NCBI GenBank assembly: GCA_964014485.1 | Contig: CAXHAT010000015.1 | Location: 1 to 60,467, forward strand | Direction of reading: 5' to 3' | DNA length: 60,467 nt | DNA from: an uncultured Deferribacteres bacterium | GTDB taxonomy: Bacteria; Zhuqueibacterota; Zhuqueibacteria; Zhuqueibacterales; Geothermadaptataceae | Shown: positions 39,619 to 49,572 of the stretch, in pieces | Layout: the number at the start of each line of letters is the position of its first letter | Numbering within the stretch: position 1 is the first letter of the stretch | Translations under genes and position numbers: made by a program | Notes under the pieces: model-generated | What the model was told of the DNA's origin: nothing | Database searches by the model: none | What the model saw: only the letters and a program-made list of their open reading frames with translations

Positions 39619-41112
39619 TCAAACAGATTGCGTCGCGACGCCTTCGGGTAGATCGTCGCCGCTCTCGCCCTCTTCCATTTTTTCGATTGTGAATCCAGTG
39701 TAGCCGTAAATCGCGGCAATAATTGGATTCAGAAGAGCAAGAAAACAAAACGGCAGATAAGTCAACGTCGCCACGCCGAGCGTCCCGGCCATGTAAGCGC
39801 CGCATGTGTTCCAGGGAATCATCACCGAAGTCAGCGTCCCGGCGTCTTCCAACGTGCGAGAAAGGTTTTTCGGCTGCAATCTGCGACGTTGATATTCAGC
39901 GCGAAACATGCGCCCCGGAACCACAATCGCGATGTATTGATCCGCTGCGATAATGTTCATGCCGATGGATGTCAAAATAGTAGAGAGAACAAGGGAGCCG
40001 GTTGACTTTGCAAGGTTTAGAATTCCCTCGGCCACTCTTCTCAGTATCCCCGTTGTTTCCATCACGCCGCCAAAAACCATAGCCATCAAAATGAGCCAGA
40101 CCGTTGAAAGCATGCTTGACATGCCGCCGCGCGACAGCAAATTGTCCATCGCTTCATTCCCGGTTGAAGCGCTGAATCCCTGGAACATGGCCATCCAAAA
40201 ACCTTTGATCGAAGTGATAAACCCTGGAAGTGATTCATCGGCCACATAAGTGCTCATGGCGGTTTGCTGAAAAAGCATTGCCCAAACGCCGCCGATAAGA
40301 GCGCCGATAAGCAACGCCGGAAGTGCGGGCATACGTTTCGCCAATAGAACGATGACCAGCACCGGGGGAATCAGCATGTGCAAGCCAATATTAAAACTGG
40401 AATCGAGAGCGGTAAAAATCGCTTCAGGATTCTGGAACTGCTCCGCCGGAGAAGAAAAAAGTCCAATAATAAAATACAAAATCAGGGCAATCGTCATGCT
40501 CGGAATCGTCGTCCAAAGCATGTGTTTGATGTGCGTGATGAGGTCGGTTCCCGCCATTGCGGGGGCAAGATTCGTGGTATCTGAAAGCGGGGAAAGCTTG
40601 TCGCCAAAATAGGCGCCGGAAATGATAGCGCCTGCAGTAATGCCGAGATTGAGATTAAGCGCAGCGGCAATCCCGACCAGCGCCACGCCAATCGTTCCCG
40701 CCGTTGTCCAGGAACTGCCGGTTGAGAGCGCAACGATGGCGCAAATAATTGCGGCGACCGGGTAAAAAAACGTCGGGTTGAGAATTTTCAGTCCGTAATA
40801 AATCATCGTCGGTACAATCCCGCCCGCGATCCATGTGCCGACAAGCGATCCGACGACAAGCAAAATGAGAATTGCGCCCATTGCCAATGAAATGCCATGA
40901 ACAATGCCTTTTTCGAGCTCTTTCCAGGAGAACCCGTTGCGAATGCCGATGATAATTCCGGCGCCGCCGCTCAACAGCAGCGCAATTTGATTGGGCCCGC
41001 TCGAAGAACTGTCGCCAAATAGAGCGACGGAGGCAATCAGCATGAGAATGAGAAAAACAATGGGAGCGAGGGCTTGCAGAAGCGTCGGTTCACGTTTGGC
41101 GTTTTCGGACAT
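39619..41112 (-). CDS. nhaC: Na+/H+ antiporter NhaC
   Basis: TGSSWTTAGTIG, SGAYFGDKLSPLSDTTNLA and LSRTLED..PWN motifs. Confidence 0.95.
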   Translation of the reverse strand: MSENAKREPTLLQALAPIVFLILMLIASVALFGDSSSSGPNQIALLLSGGAGIIIGIRNGFSWKELEKGIVHGISLAMGAILILLVVGSLVGTWIAGGIVPTMIYYGLKILNPTFFYPVAAIICAIVALSTGSSWTTAGTIGVALVGIAAALNLNLGITAGAIISGAYFGDKLSPLSDTTNLAPAMAGTDLITHIKHMLWTTIPSMTIALILYFIIGLFSSPAEQFQNPEAIFTALDSSFNIGLHMLIPPVLVIVLLAKRMPALPALLIGALIGGVWAMLFQQTAMSTYVADESLPGFITSIKGFWMAMFQGFSASTGNEAMDNLLSRGGMSSMLSTVWLILMAMVFGGVMETTGILRRVAEGILNLAKSTGSLVLSTILTSIGMNIIAADQYIAIVVPGRMFRAEYQRRRLQPKNLSRTLEDAGTLTSVMIPWNTCGAYMAGTLGVATLTYLPFCFLALLNPIIAAIYGYTGFTIEKMEEGESGDDLPEGVATQSV

Positions 41113-41369
41113 AAAAGGTCTCCGTTCGTAGTCCCGCTTTAGATTGGGGTTGGCGCAGTTAAACTCATGTTGAAATCTTTACATACCCGGCCTGAAAATC
41201 AAGCAATATCACGCAACGTCAAATTCGCTTGCATTTTGACGGACGTTCGTTTAGATTTGCCGCGGTTTTTTTGAGCCTGATGTGAGAAGAAGACAAGAAG
41301 ATTTAAATTTTTTTAGAGTTATGCGAAAATTCCATCGACTACTGAGAACTTCCGTTGTTTTAAATGGAC

Positions 41370-41407
41370 AAAGCTTTTGATCATTCGTTTGATCAAAAGC
41401 TTTTTTT
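41370..41407 (+). terminator. Intrinsic terminator/attenuator in the pyrR leader
   Basis: AAAGCTTTTGATCA-ttcgtt-TGATCAAAAGCTTT followed by a T run, about 40 bp before the pyrR ATG. Confidence 0.75.
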
Positions 41408-41448
41408 GTATGTGAGTATGTCAGTCTGCAACCTAAACGCCTAAGGAT

Positions 41449-42003
41449 ATGAGCGAAGAAAAAGCTAAAGTCATCGCCGAGATTATGGACGCGCGCAGCG
41501 TAGACAGGACGTTGGGGCGCTTGTCGCACGAAATCGTGGAACGGAATCGGGGCGTCGAGAATCTGGTTTTCATGGGTTTGCGCACGCGCGGCGTGCCGCT
41601 GGCGGAACGGTTGCAAGAGAAAATAGCCGCAATCGAGGACTTCCAAGTGCCCATGGGCAGCCTCGACGTCACGCTCTATCGGGATGATTACGCCAAGCCT
41701 CACGACGCTCTCAAAATGCAGGAAACCGACATCCCGTTTAGCCTTGACGACAAGGTCGTGGTGATGGTTGACGATGTGCTCTACACAGGACGTACTGTAC
41801 GCGCGGCGCTGGACGCCTTGATGGATTTTGGCCGTCCCGCACGCATAGAATTGGCCGTCATGATCGATCGCGGCCACCGCGAACTCCCGATCAAGGCCGA
41901 TTACGTTGGCAAAAGCTTGTTGACTTCTCTTGGCGAAGAAGTCGCCGTCAGGCTCAAAAACGTCGACGGAATTGACGCAGTATATTTAGTGGATTCCAGG
42001 TGA
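41449..42003 (+). CDS. pyrR: Pyrimidine operon regulator / uracil phosphoribosyltransferase
   Basis: LDVTLYRDD, VDDVLYTGRT and DRGHRELPI motifs. Confidence 0.97.
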   Translation: MSEEKAKVIAEIMDARSVDRTLGRLSHEIVERNRGVENLVFMGLRTRGVPLAERLQEKIAAIEDFQVPMGSLDVTLYRDDYAKPHDALKMQETDIPFSLDDKVVVMVDDVLYTGRTVRAALDALMDFGRPARIELAVMIDRGHRELPIKADYVGKSLLTSLGEEVAVRLKNVDGIDAVYLVDSR

Positions 42004-42011
42004 AAAAATAA

Positions 42012-42938
42012 ATGCTAGATCAAAAACATTTGCTTGGTTTGGAATATTGCAGCAAAGCTGAAATCGAAGAAATTCTCACAACCGCTTTTTCATTTAAAGA
42101 AGTCCTGTCCCGCCCGATCCCAAAAGTTCCGACACTGCGCGGCAAAACAATCGTCAATCTCTTTTTTGAATCATCTACCCGGACGCGCATTTCATTCGAG
42201 CTTGCCGAAAAAAGACTCTCCGCCGATACCATCAGTTTTTCAACCAGCGCTTCATCCGTCTCCAAAGGTGAGACCTTGCGAGACACCATCCGCAACATCG
42301 AAGCGATGAAAATCGACATGGTGGTGATTCGGCACAGCGCCGCCGGAGCGCCGCTCTACCTGACACGCTGCATCGATTCCGCTGTTATTAACGCCGGTGA
42401 CGGAGCGCACGAGCACCCGACGCAAGCCTTGTTAGACATGATGACGCTGCAGGAAAAGGTCGGAAAAATCGAGGGGCTGAAAGTGGCGATTGTAGGGGAT
42501 ATTTTGCACAGCCGCGTGGCGCGGTCGAATATTTACGGGCTTCAAAAACTAGGCGCGGAAGTCGCGTTGTGCGGCCCAAAACCGCTGATGCCGATTGAAG
42601 CGCGGCAATGGGGCGTTGAAATTTTCCACGACCTTGATGACGCCATTCGCTGGGCGGACGTGCTCAACATTTTGCGTATTCAACTCGAGCGTCAGAAGAG
42701 CGGCTTGTTCCCTTCAATTCGAGAATATGCTACAAAATACGGCGTGACGCGCGCCCGGCTCGAAGCGGCCAAAAAAGACGTTGTCATCATGCACCCGGGG
42801 CCAATCAATCGCGGCATAGAGCTGGAAAATGATCTGGCGGACAGCGAGTTTTCCGTCATTCTCGACCAAGTGACAAACGGTGTGGCCGTACGCATGGCCG
42901 TGCTTTATTTAAAAAGCGGCGTGGTTGAAGAGAATTAA
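42012..42938 (+). CDS. pyrB: Aspartate carbamoyltransferase catalytic subunit
   Basis: [13 protein letters not shown] and MHPGP motifs. Confidence 0.97.
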   Translation: MLDQKHLLGLEYCSKAEIEEILTTAFSFKEVLSRPIPKVPTLRGKTIVNLFFESSTRTRISFELAEKRLSADTISFSTSASSVSKGETLRDTIRNIEAMKIDMVVIRHSAAGAPLYLTRCIDSAVINAGDGAHEHPTQALLDMMTLQEKVGKIEGLKVAIVGDILHSRVARSNIYGLQKLGAEVALCGPKPLMPIEARQWGVEIFHDLDDAIRWADVLNILRIQLERQKSGLFPSIREYATKYGVTRARLEAAKKDVVIMHPGPINRGIELENDLADSEFSVILDQVTNGVAVRMAVLYLKSGVVEEN

Positions 42939-43108
42939 CCTAATCAGAAGTAAGGAGTGCAAGGCTTGCCTTGCTGTCTCCGTTCGATTATTTTCAACCA
43001 CAAAATTTGCCCAAATTCCATTTGAGCGCGATAAAAGGCAAAGCGAGTTTTGCACGCCTCTTTGCGCTCAATCAATAAAAACGAGCCTTCAAATTCGATA
43101 GGAAAAAC

Positions 43109-44407
43109 ATGAGACCCATTGCTTATCAAGCGAAGAAAAACATGCTCTTAAAGGGTGGACGACTCTTTGATCCGGCCAACAAAATCGATCAACGCGCGGA
43201 AATTTTGATTGAAAATGGCGTCATCTCCAGAATCGCGCCGGAGATCGCCGCAGAGAATATTGACGCCGTTCGCCTGGACGGCAACCTGATCACGCCAGGC
43301 TGGTTCGACATGCACGTCCACTTTCGCGAGCCGGGACGAGAAGACAAGGAAACGGTCAAAAGCGGCTGCGCGGCGGCGACGGCGGGCGGATTTACCGGCG
43401 CTTGTCCAATGCCTAACACGCAGCCTGTCGCCGATTCGCGCGGCATAATTGAATATATGATTTCAGAAGCGGAAGGCACGCCAGTTGACGTTCATCCTAT
43501 CGCTGCGGCGACAAAAGGGCAAAAAGGCGAAGAAATTTCCGAAATCGCGGAATTGGTGGAAGCCGGAGCCGTTGCATTTTCTGATGACGGCGTGTCCATC
43601 GCCACCGCCGAAATCACCCGCCGAGTGATGGAATACGCCAGCATGTTCGACGTACCGGTCATCGAACATTGCGAAGACCCGACGCTGGCCTCAGGCGGCG
43701 CAATGCACGAAGGCGCTGTTTCAACCAAACTTGGCGTCCCAGGCATTCCCGGCGTTGCCGAAGACTTGATTGTCATGCGCGATATTTTGCTCGCTGAGTT
43801 TACCGGCGCACGGGTTCACATAGCGCATATCTCCACCGCGCGCTCCGTCGAATTGGTGCGTGAAGCCAAAAAGCGCGGCGTACAGGTCACGTGCGAAGTT
43901 ATGCCGCACCATTTTTGCTTGACTGACGAATCCATCCTGAATTACGACGCCAATTTCAAAATGAACCCGCCGCTGCGTGAACAACGCGACGTTGAGGCCA
44001 TGATTGCAGGACTGCAAGACGGCACGATTGACGTGATTGCCACTGATCACGCCCCCCATGCGCCGGAAGAGAAGGACAGAGAATTTGCCGCCGCGCCTTT
44101 TGGAATCACGGGCTTGGAAACGGCGCTTGGCTTGGTGATGACGAAATTGGTTTTGCCGGGCAAATTGTCTTTGGCCGACGCCGTCAAAAAGATCACCTGG
44201 GCGCCGCGTGAAATTCTGCGGTTGGAACAGGCTGAAATCAAGGAAGGCGCAAAAGCCAACCTGACGTTTTTCAATCCCGAAACGCCCTGGAAAGTGGAAG
44301 CGAAAAATTTCTATTCAAAATCTCGGAATTCGCCGTTTATCGGCTGGGAATTGCGCGGCAAGCCGGTCGGGGTTTATAACAAGGGGTTTTTCTGGCAAGC
44401 AGAATAG
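43109..44407 (+). CDS. pyrC: Dihydroorotase
   Basis: DMHVHFREPG, MPNT, KMNPPLR and ATDHAPH motifs. Confidence 0.96.
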   Translation: MRPIAYQAKKNMLLKGGRLFDPANKIDQRAEILIENGVISRIAPEIAAENIDAVRLDGNLITPGWFDMHVHFREPGREDKETVKSGCAAATAGGFTGACPMPNTQPVADSRGIIEYMISEAEGTPVDVHPIAAATKGQKGEEISEIAELVEAGAVAFSDDGVSIATAEITRRVMEYASMFDVPVIEHCEDPTLASGGAMHEGAVSTKLGVPGIPGVAEDLIVMRDILLAEFTGARVHIAHISTARSVELVREAKKRGVQVTCEVMPHHFCLTDESILNYDANFKMNPPLREQRDVEAMIAGLQDGTIDVIATDHAPHAPEEKDREFAAAPFGITGLETALGLVMTKLVLPGKLSLADAVKKITWAPREILRLEQAEIKEGAKANLTFFNPETPWKVEAKNFYSKSRNSPFIGWELRGKPVGVYNKGFFWQAE

Positions 44408-44442
44408 CGTTTACATCATCTCCAGATTTACGGGAACAACAG

Positions 44443-44515
44443 GTAGGGGTTCAAAATTTTGAACCCCTACAACATGCTGCATATCGCTTTGCAATTTTCG
44501 TGTTTTGGGACAGCC
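44443..44515. repeat. GTAG-REP-like element, partial inverted copy of 867-985
   Basis: GTAGGGGTTCAAAATTTTGAACCCCTAC followed by ...TGTTTTGGGACAGCC. Confidence 0.75.
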
Positions 44516-44606
44516 ATCTTTTGCTCTCTGCTCGCAAGGGCAAAACGGCAAACTCAGAACGCTTAGCGAACAAGTCCAAGAAATTCGACGACGTTGCTTT
44601 TCTACT

Positions 44607-45542
44607 CTACTCCACGCCTGACAAAAACTTTCGAATTCTCTGAAAAAACGGCTCCGGCGTTTCGATGAAAGGAAAATGTCCGCAATCTTTCAAAATCTCT
44701 AATTGCGCCCCCTCAATTTGTTCGGCGATTTCTTCAACGGCGCGCATGGGGACTGAATCATACGCTCCATGAATAATGAGCGTCGGGCACGAAATTTCGC
44801 TGAGGCGATTTGAGATGCTGTAAAGTTTCTGCATATCTCTCCCCAAAAATCTGAGTTTTCCGCTTTTGGCGCCGTAATCTTTCGGAATAGAAAGCGTCAA
44901 ACTATCCGCCAAAGATTTGTCAAAAAACGAAGCGGCGAAGTTTAATCGAAACATCTCCGCAATGGCCGCCGGATCGCGGTTTTGGAACGCTTCCGACTGC
45001 ATCAATTCTTGACGCGCATGGTTCTCTTCGGGCGTAAAGCGTGACATTTGGATTTTATTGCCTTCCTGAACGTCTTCAAAGCGCGGCGGCGACGGATTGG
45101 AGAGAATCAAAGATTTCAATCTTTCCGGGTAAGCCAATGCGTAATGCATCGCCAACAAGCCGCCCCAGGAATGCCCCAGCAAATTGATTTTTTCCAGCCC
45201 AAAAGCCTCTCGCAAGCCGTCAATGTCAGCCAGGAACATTTGGAGGGAAACGTCAGCCGAGTCAACATCGGCGGAAGACCGTCCGCTCACCCTGTGGTCG
45301 TAAAAAATCAAATTGAAATCTTGCGCCAACTCAGCCATTTGCGGCAAAAAGTAATCGTGCGACATGCCGGGGCCGCCATGCACGACAATCATCGGTTCGC
45401 CGCGCCCGATTGTTTTGACGTAAAGTTTCGTGCCGTTGATCGCCCGCAAGCCTTCCGTCGTCCAGATTGGCTCCTGTTTGCCGCAGCTTGCAAAACACAG
45501 CACTGCGAAAAGCGTCGTAAAGTTTCGATATTTGAACTTCAT
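44607..45542 (-). CDS. Alpha/beta hydrolase (proline iminopeptidase-like), lipoprotein
   Basis: HGGPG, GHSWGG, CGHFP motifs; FASC lipobox. Confidence 0.92.
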   Translation of the reverse strand: MKFKYRNFTTLFAVLCFASCGKQEPIWTTEGLRAINGTKLYVKTIGRGEPMIVVHGGPGMSHDYFLPQMAELAQDFNLIFYDHRVSGRSSADVDSADVSLQMFLADIDGLREAFGLEKINLLGHSWGGLLAMHYALAYPERLKSLILSNPSPPRFEDVQEGNKIQMSRFTPEENHARQELMQSEAFQNRDPAAIAEMFRLNFAASFFDKSLADSLTLSIPKDYGAKSGKLRFLGRDMQKLYSISNRLSEISCPTLIIHGAYDSVPMRAVEEIAEQIEGAQLEILKDCGHFPFIETPEPFFQRIRKFLSGVE

Positions 45543-45566
45543 TTATTTTGCCTTTAGTGTTGCCTT

Positions 45567-45599
45567 AACCCTGACAGGACTCGGAGTCCTGTCAGGGTT
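45567..45599. repeat. Perfect palindrome (REP-like)
   Basis: AACCCTGACAGGACTC-G-GAGTCCTGTCAGGGTT. Confidence 0.7.
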
Positions 45600-45705
45600 G
45601 AATTCGCCAAAAAGTAAAGCGCCATCGTGTTGCTTCATAACGATATTGGCCGATTCGCGCTGTCCGCTGGATAACAATTGCAAATCGCCGGAAGAAGTTT
45701 TAGTA

Positions 45706-45880
45706 TTTGATGTTACGCACTCTTTGAAATTTCCCAAACAGCGCCAGAAAAACGTCGATTTTATGTCATTCCCGCGCAGGCGGGAATCCAGGGGATGTGC
45801 GCGATTGGCTGGATTCTCGCCTGCGCGGGAATGACTGCAACAAGAGTTTCTTCGGCTTCAGAGCCGGCCGTAACATCAAC
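45706..45880. mobile_element. MITE family B with a dRS3-like core, copy 2
   Basis: TTGATGTTACG / CGTAACATCAA; TAGTA duplicated on the flanks; same core as 19828-20003. Confidence 0.85.
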
Positions 45881-45940
45881 TAGTATTTCTTGAAATAGCC
45901 AGGACAAGCATAATCCACTCATTCAAAACGTCATTGCAAA

Positions 45941-47320
45941 GTGTCAGAACAAACCAGTTTTCTCGAACGCGCCGCGACAAAATCGGCGGACAAAGTTCAC
46001 GCAGCAAATATCTTCAAGGCTGTCACCAGCTTTGAACAAGCGCATATTCAAACCAAGCAAAATCAATTTCACGATTGGCAGGACGCCAGAGAACGCGCCG
46101 CTGAAATTAAAGACGACGTTTTGAATCGTCTGCCGGATTTGTTGGAAACCTTTGAGAAAAACATCTCTGCGCGCGGAACGAAGGTGCTTTGGGCCGAAGA
46201 CGCTGATGAAGCCCGGCGCCATTTCATGGAAATCGCCCGAAAGCACAAGGCCCGCAAGATCGTCAAAGCGAAATCGATGGCGACGGAGGAAATCGAGCTC
46301 AACGAATTGCTTGAGAGTGAAGGTCTGGACGTTATTGAAAGCGACCTCGGCGAATTGATCGTACAATTGGGACGCGAAAAACCCTACCACATCATTGCGC
46401 CTGCGATTCACAAAACCAAGGAAGAGATCGCACAGCTTTTCCATGAAAAACTGGACGCGCCGCTAACCGACAGCCCGGAAGAATTGACAATGGTCGCACG
46501 CGCGCATTTGCGCAAAATTTACGTTACGGCGGACATTGGCGTTTCCGGCGCAAATTTCCTGATAGCGGACGAGGGCGCGATTGAAATGACAGAGAACGAG
46601 GGCAACGGGCGTTTGAGCATGTCCTGCCCGCCGGTGCATGTGGTCATCTGCGGCATTGAAAAAGTGCTGCCTCGTATGACCGACCTCGCATTCTTCCTGC
46701 CGCTTTTGGCCACTGGTGCTACCGGGCAACAGATTTCCTGCTACAATTCCATCGTTCGCGGCCCGCGCCAACCGGGTGAGACGGACGGGCCGGAGCACAT
46801 GTACGTGATTCTGCTCGACAACGGCAGGACGAATCTCTACGCCAACGAAGCCGTTCGCCGCAGCCTGCGCTGCATTCGTTGCGGCGCGTGTTTGAACACT
46901 TGCCCGGTCTACCGCACAGTCGGCGGGCACGCGTACAACACGCCTTATCAGGGGCCGATTGGTTCAGTCATCTCGCCGCATTTGCAAGGCCTTAAAGATT
47001 GGAACCATCTTTCCTTTGCTTCCAGCTTGTGTGCGTCCTGTTCGGACATCTGTCCGGTCAACATCGATTTGCACCACCTCCTGCTTGAAAATCGCAAGCA
47101 AGCGGTCGAACAAAAAAGCGCCGGGAAAGCGTGGTCGGTGATGATGAAAATCTGGGCCTACGCAATGTCCGATCGATTGCGCTTGAATCGATTGCGGGTC
47201 CTGGGCGAGTTCGGTGAAAAGCTGACGCCGCTTTTTATCAAGCGCGAAAAGCGGCGGCGAATCCCGAAGTTGGCAAACAAAACATTTCAACAATGGTGGC
47301 GGGAAAATGAAGAGTCGTGA
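45941..47320 (+). CDS. lutB: Lactate utilization Fe-S protein LutB/YkgF
   Basis: ESDLGE, ENEGN, CIRCGACLNTCPVY and ASSLCASCSDICPV motifs. Confidence 0.93.
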   Translation: MSEQTSFLERAATKSADKVHAANIFKAVTSFEQAHIQTKQNQFHDWQDARERAAEIKDDVLNRLPDLLETFEKNISARGTKVLWAEDADEARRHFMEIARKHKARKIVKAKSMATEEIELNELLESEGLDVIESDLGELIVQLGREKPYHIIAPAIHKTKEEIAQLFHEKLDAPLTDSPEELTMVARAHLRKIYVTADIGVSGANFLIADEGAIEMTENEGNGRLSMSCPPVHVVICGIEKVLPRMTDLAFFLPLLATGATGQQISCYNSIVRGPRQPGETDGPEHMYVILLDNGRTNLYANEAVRRSLRCIRCGACLNTCPVYRTVGGHAYNTPYQGPIGSVISPHLQGLKDWNHLSFASSLCASCSDICPVNIDLHHLLLENRKQAVEQKSAGKAWSVMMKIWAYAMSDRLRLNRLRVLGEFGEKLTPLFIKREKRRRIPKLANKTFQQWWRENEES

Positions 47321-47969
47321 CCGCATCTTGAAAAGGCTGCGCGCAGCCGCCGGTTCCACCAAAGCGGAGCGCGTTTCCAGCGTTCCAGATTCGGCGGTGT
47401 TCGCCGATTTCCCGGAAGATGATTTACAGGCGCGCATCGACCGATTCGGCGAAAAATTGCGCGCGCTTTCCGGGGAGTTTTTTTGCGTGGAGAATATGGC
47501 AGACGCTTCGAAAAAGCTCACTGATTTGCTCGAATCCGTTGAAAAGCCGCTGGTACAAAATACGGCGTTTTTGCAAGAAATCGTCGCCCAAAACCCTGAC
47601 TTGCAATCGCGTTGTGAAATGAGTTCAGAGAATTTCGTGGAAGGCGTTGCGCTGGAAAAATTCGATTGCGGCATAACCGAAGTCGATCACTTGATTGCAC
47701 GGACGGGCAGCGTCGTTTTGAATTCCAAAAGCGCCGGGGGGCGCAGGCTCTCGGTCTTGCCGCCTTTTCATATTGCCGTCGCACGAGCTTCGCAGCTTAT
47801 TCCGTCTTTGGAAAAAGCTTTTACAGATTTGCAAGAAAACGGCGAAAGTTGGAGTTATGCCACAGTGATCACCGGGCCGTCACGCACGGCGGATATTCAA
47901 AAAAACCTCGTTCTCGGCGCTCACGGCCCGAAGCGGCTGGCGGTGATTTTGGTGAAGTCAGATTTCTGA
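47307..47969 (+). CDS. lutC: LUD domain protein LutC/YkgG
   Basis: IARTGSVV, LSVLPPFH and ITGPSRTADI...GAHGP motifs. Confidence 0.92.
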   Translation: MKSRDRILKRLRAAAGSTKAERVSSVPDSAVFADFPEDDLQARIDRFGEKLRALSGEFFCVENMADASKKLTDLLESVEKPLVQNTAFLQEIVAQNPDLQSRCEMSSENFVEGVALEKFDCGITEVDHLIARTGSVVLNSKSAGGRRLSVLPPFHIAVARASQLIPSLEKAFTDLQENGESWSYATVITGPSRTADIQKNLVLGAHGPKRLAVILVKSDF

Positions 47970-48004
47970 AAACAGTTTTGGCGAAAACCGGGTAACGATT
48001 AAGA

Positions 48005-49072
48005 ATGAAAAAAATCAAAACCGTCATTGTCGGTTGCGGCAATATTGCCGAGCAATATGTTGAGCAGAGCCGTAATTATAAAAACGTCGAGCTGCTTGGC
48101 TTCGTTGATATTTTGTCTGAGCGCGCTCAAGCCTTTGCCGAAAAACATGGAGGGACGGCGTTCAAAAGCCTGGAACAAGCGCTGTCAAACCCTGAGGTTG
48201 ATCTCATTGTAAATCTCACGATTCACCACGCGCACGCTGACGTAATCGAACAATGCCTTGAAGCGGACAAACATGTTTACACTGAAAAACCGTTCGCAAT
48301 GAACTACCCGGACGCTCAGCGCCTCCTCGCGCTTGCCAAGCAAAAAAATCTCCGTTTGAGTAGCGCGCCGATCACATACATGGGCGAAGCGCAGCAGACG
48401 GCCTGGAAAATCCTTCGTGAAGGCCGGGCTGGAAAAATCAGGCTGGCGTATGCTGAAATCAATCACGGCAGGATCGAAACCTGGCACCCGAATCCAAAGC
48501 CTTTTTATGAAGTCGGCGTGCTGTGGGACGTGGCGATTTACCCTCTGACAGTGTTGACAGCCTTTCTCGGTCCGGCCCGGCGAGCTTCAGCGTTTGGAAG
48601 AATCTTATCCCCAAAACGGAAGACGCTTTCAGGAGAAAAATTCGAGTTAAGCGCGCCTGACCTTGTTCTTGTATTGGTTGAATTCGAGAATGGCGCAGTC
48701 GCACGGCTGACCTCCAGTTTTTATGCAAAAGATTCAAAGCAAGGGAGCTCGATGGAGTTTCACGGCGATGAAGGCATGGTTTATCTCGGCAGTTCATTCA
48801 TGTTTGACGCGCAGGTCGATTTCGCCGCGTATGGCGAAGAATTTGTCGCGGAGCCTTTTGTTCGGCAGCCATACGAAGGCGTTGAATTTGGGCGCGGATT
48901 GCAGGAAGCGGCGAACGCTATTTGCGAAGACCGGCCTCATGTCGCCACGGCGGAACATGCAGCCCATGTCATTGAAACGATCTGTGCGATTGAAAAAGCG
49001 ATGCTTCAGGAAAAGTCAGTCGAAATATCATCTCGTTTTCCGCCGCTGGCATTAATGCCTTGGGCTGAATAA
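48005..49072 (+). CDS. Gfo/Idh/MocA family oxidoreductase
   Basis: VGCGNIA Rossmann motif and KHVYTEKP. Confidence 0.93.
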   Translation: MKKIKTVIVGCGNIAEQYVEQSRNYKNVELLGFVDILSERAQAFAEKHGGTAFKSLEQALSNPEVDLIVNLTIHHAHADVIEQCLEADKHVYTEKPFAMNYPDAQRLLALAKQKNLRLSSAPITYMGEAQQTAWKILREGRAGKIRLAYAEINHGRIETWHPNPKPFYEVGVLWDVAIYPLTVLTAFLGPARRASAFGRILSPKRKTLSGEKFELSAPDLVLVLVEFENGAVARLTSSFYAKDSKQGSSMEFHGDEGMVYLGSSFMFDAQVDFAAYGEEFVAEPFVRQPYEGVEFGRGLQEAANAICEDRPHVATAEHAAHVIETICAIEKAMLQEKSVEISSRFPPLALMPWAE

Positions 49073-49179
49073 TTTTTTCGTTCGCAACTCACCTTGGATA
49101 TTTGGCGTACATAGCGCCCGTTTTTGCTCAAAACACTATTCTCTTTCGTAACCCCCGGCGACCATTTGGAGAAATAAAC

Positions 49180-49560
49180 ATGCAAGAAGTCACGTCCTCA
49201 GAAGTTTCTCAAAATTCCCCTTACTCCAAAGACGAACGCACCATGGCGATGCTTTGCCACCTTAGCACATTCTCCGGTTTTGTTATTCCGTTCGGCAATG
49301 TCATTGGCCCGCTCATTATCTGGTTGATGAAAAAAGACGAGTCGGCGCTTGTGGACGATCAAGGCAAGGAAGCGTTGAACTTTCAAATCAGCATGACGCT
49401 CTATATTATCGGCGCCGCCATTTTGAGCATCTTTCTGATCGGCATACCGATTTTGATCGGTCTGTTGATTTTGGATCTGATTGTGACCATAATGGCCAGT
49501 ATACAGGCAAACGAAGGCTTGGAATATCGCTATCCCATAACGATTCGATTTATCAACTAA
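49180..49560 (+). CDS. DUF4870 membrane protein
   Basis: 'AMLCHLS..GPLIIWL..GKEALNFQI..YRYP'; GGAGA RBS before ATG 49180. Confidence 0.9.
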   Translation: MQEVTSSEVSQNSPYSKDERTMAMLCHLSTFSGFVIPFGNVIGPLIIWLMKKDESALVDDQGKEALNFQISMTLYIIGAAILSIFLIGIPILIGLLILDLIVTIMASIQANEGLEYRYPITIRFIN

Positions 49561-49572
49561 GATCATTTTCCC

